A stretch of DNA of 64,000 nt, taken from contig CAJINV010000002.1 in assembly GCA_905178155.1 (NCBI GenBank), positions 9,988,650 through 10,052,649 of the forward strand, read 5' to 3'. Positions 63,601 to 64,000 of this stretch are shown here, piece after piece. Below the pieces are notes generated by a model that saw only the letters and a list, made by a program, of their open reading frames with translations, did not search any database and was not told where the DNA came from. The stretch is from Amoebophrya sp. A120 (taxonomy: Eukaryota; Protista; Dinoflagellata). A program made the position numbers and the translations under genes. Within the stretch, counting starts at the first letter, position 1; every line of letters starts with the position of its first letter.

Positions 63601-64000
63601 AACAGGATAGGAAAATGGTTCTTATGGGGCTCCGCATGAGAAACTTTTTTAGCATGCAGATCTGCATGACAACTCTGGTGTGGGGACATTTTTACTCAGG
63701 ATACGTCGTGCGCCCCTCCGGCTCCACGAAGATCTGCTCGCACTTATTACAGTGAAAAATGCTCTCACCCCCAAAGTTGCAAGCATTTGTGATGCGAAGT
63801 TTCCAAATGAAAACTTTTTGTCATGCATGAAAGGACTATGAATCTTTCTGATGTAGAGTCTAGGCGTGTTTCGCATCGCTTGCATGACAAGCACCGCTCT
63901 TGCTGGGATCTTTTGCAATACAAATTATTTTTACTATTCACGATCGGAAATCTGTGATGCTGATACATGCAAGAGGGCGAATGTTTCATTTGGAAAAGTT
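57624..64000 (-). CDS. RAD50: DNA repair protein RAD50 (5' part outside window), interrupted by five TIR elements
   Basis: [46 protein letters not shown], IITHD; long coiled coils; reconstructed zinc hook CEMCKRPF. Confidence 0.95.
58384..58704. mobile_element. Family C-related introner, 321 bp, TSD AATTG/AATTC
   Basis: TIR TATCAAAATGAAAAATCCCCCCTCCCCATAT / ATATGGGGAGGGGGGATTTTTCCTTACGATA. Removing 326 nt gives AQRN-LDSSLYQDIDERYRK. Confidence 0.92.
60425..61558. mobile_element. 1134-bp introner (family D-like ends) filled with minisatellite, TSD TCGCG/TCGCA
   Basis: TATCCTGCGTAACAACG versus right-end reverse complement TATCCCGTTGAGCAACG. Flanks at 60420-60424 and 61559-61563. Confidence 0.85.
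60514..61320. repeat. Two-phase minisatellite: 13/14-bp GCGAAGCACTTAA, then 16-bp GCGAGGCACTACTTAA
   Basis: Visible tandem arrays; the period changes near 60750-60775. Confidence 0.95.
63114..63377. mobile_element. Family A introner, reverse orientation, 264 bp, TSD CAAGT
   Basis: CAAGT at 63109-63113 and 63378-63382. Removal gives EEESKDL-TDTTIPEL. Confidence 0.95.
63425..63703. mobile_element. Family D introner, 279 bp, TSD CGTCG
   Basis: TIR TATCCTGAGCAAAAACGTCCCCACCCCAGAGT / ACTCTGGTGTGGGGACATTTTTACTCAGGATA. CGTCG at 63420-63424 and 63704-63708. Confidence 0.95.
63745..64000. mobile_element. Family C element, opposite orientation to the 43267 copy, cut by the window end
   Basis: Starts TATTACAGTGAAAAATGC. 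Interior matches the reverse complement of 43267-43582. Predicted TSD GCACT. Confidence 0.9.

Overview
Eukaryotic, gene-dense 64 kb in which every identifiable gene lies on the minus strand. Genes: a possibly single giant PAN/kringle/TM/multi-C2 gene, a split RING-H2 protein, a putative mitoribosomal mS23, GCP4, RPS7, PP2A B56, RAD50 and several hypothetical proteins. The dominant feature is a set of about 19 short TIR elements (145-321 bp, one expanded to 1134 bp) from at least 5 TIR families. Nearly all end in 5'-TAT...ATA-3' and most have 5-bp target-site duplications (TSDs). Twelve complete copies interrupt coding sequence, in either orientation. Deleting the element plus one TSD copy restores the reading frame, including conserved motifs of RAD50, GCP4 and B56, yet no such junction gives GT-AG. 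They therefore look like MITE-derived non-canonical introns (introners). This resembles the system described in the parasitic dinoflagellate Amoebophrya; the organism is inferred, not verified. Also present: a candidate 3.4-kb composite transposon built from two introner ends, a nested 238-bp insert with a 16-bp TSD, a 4.5-kb hAT-like element with no recognisable ORF, and an L-type-lectin-like domain inserted in GCP4. All coordinates were read by hand, and splicing is inferred without RNA data.
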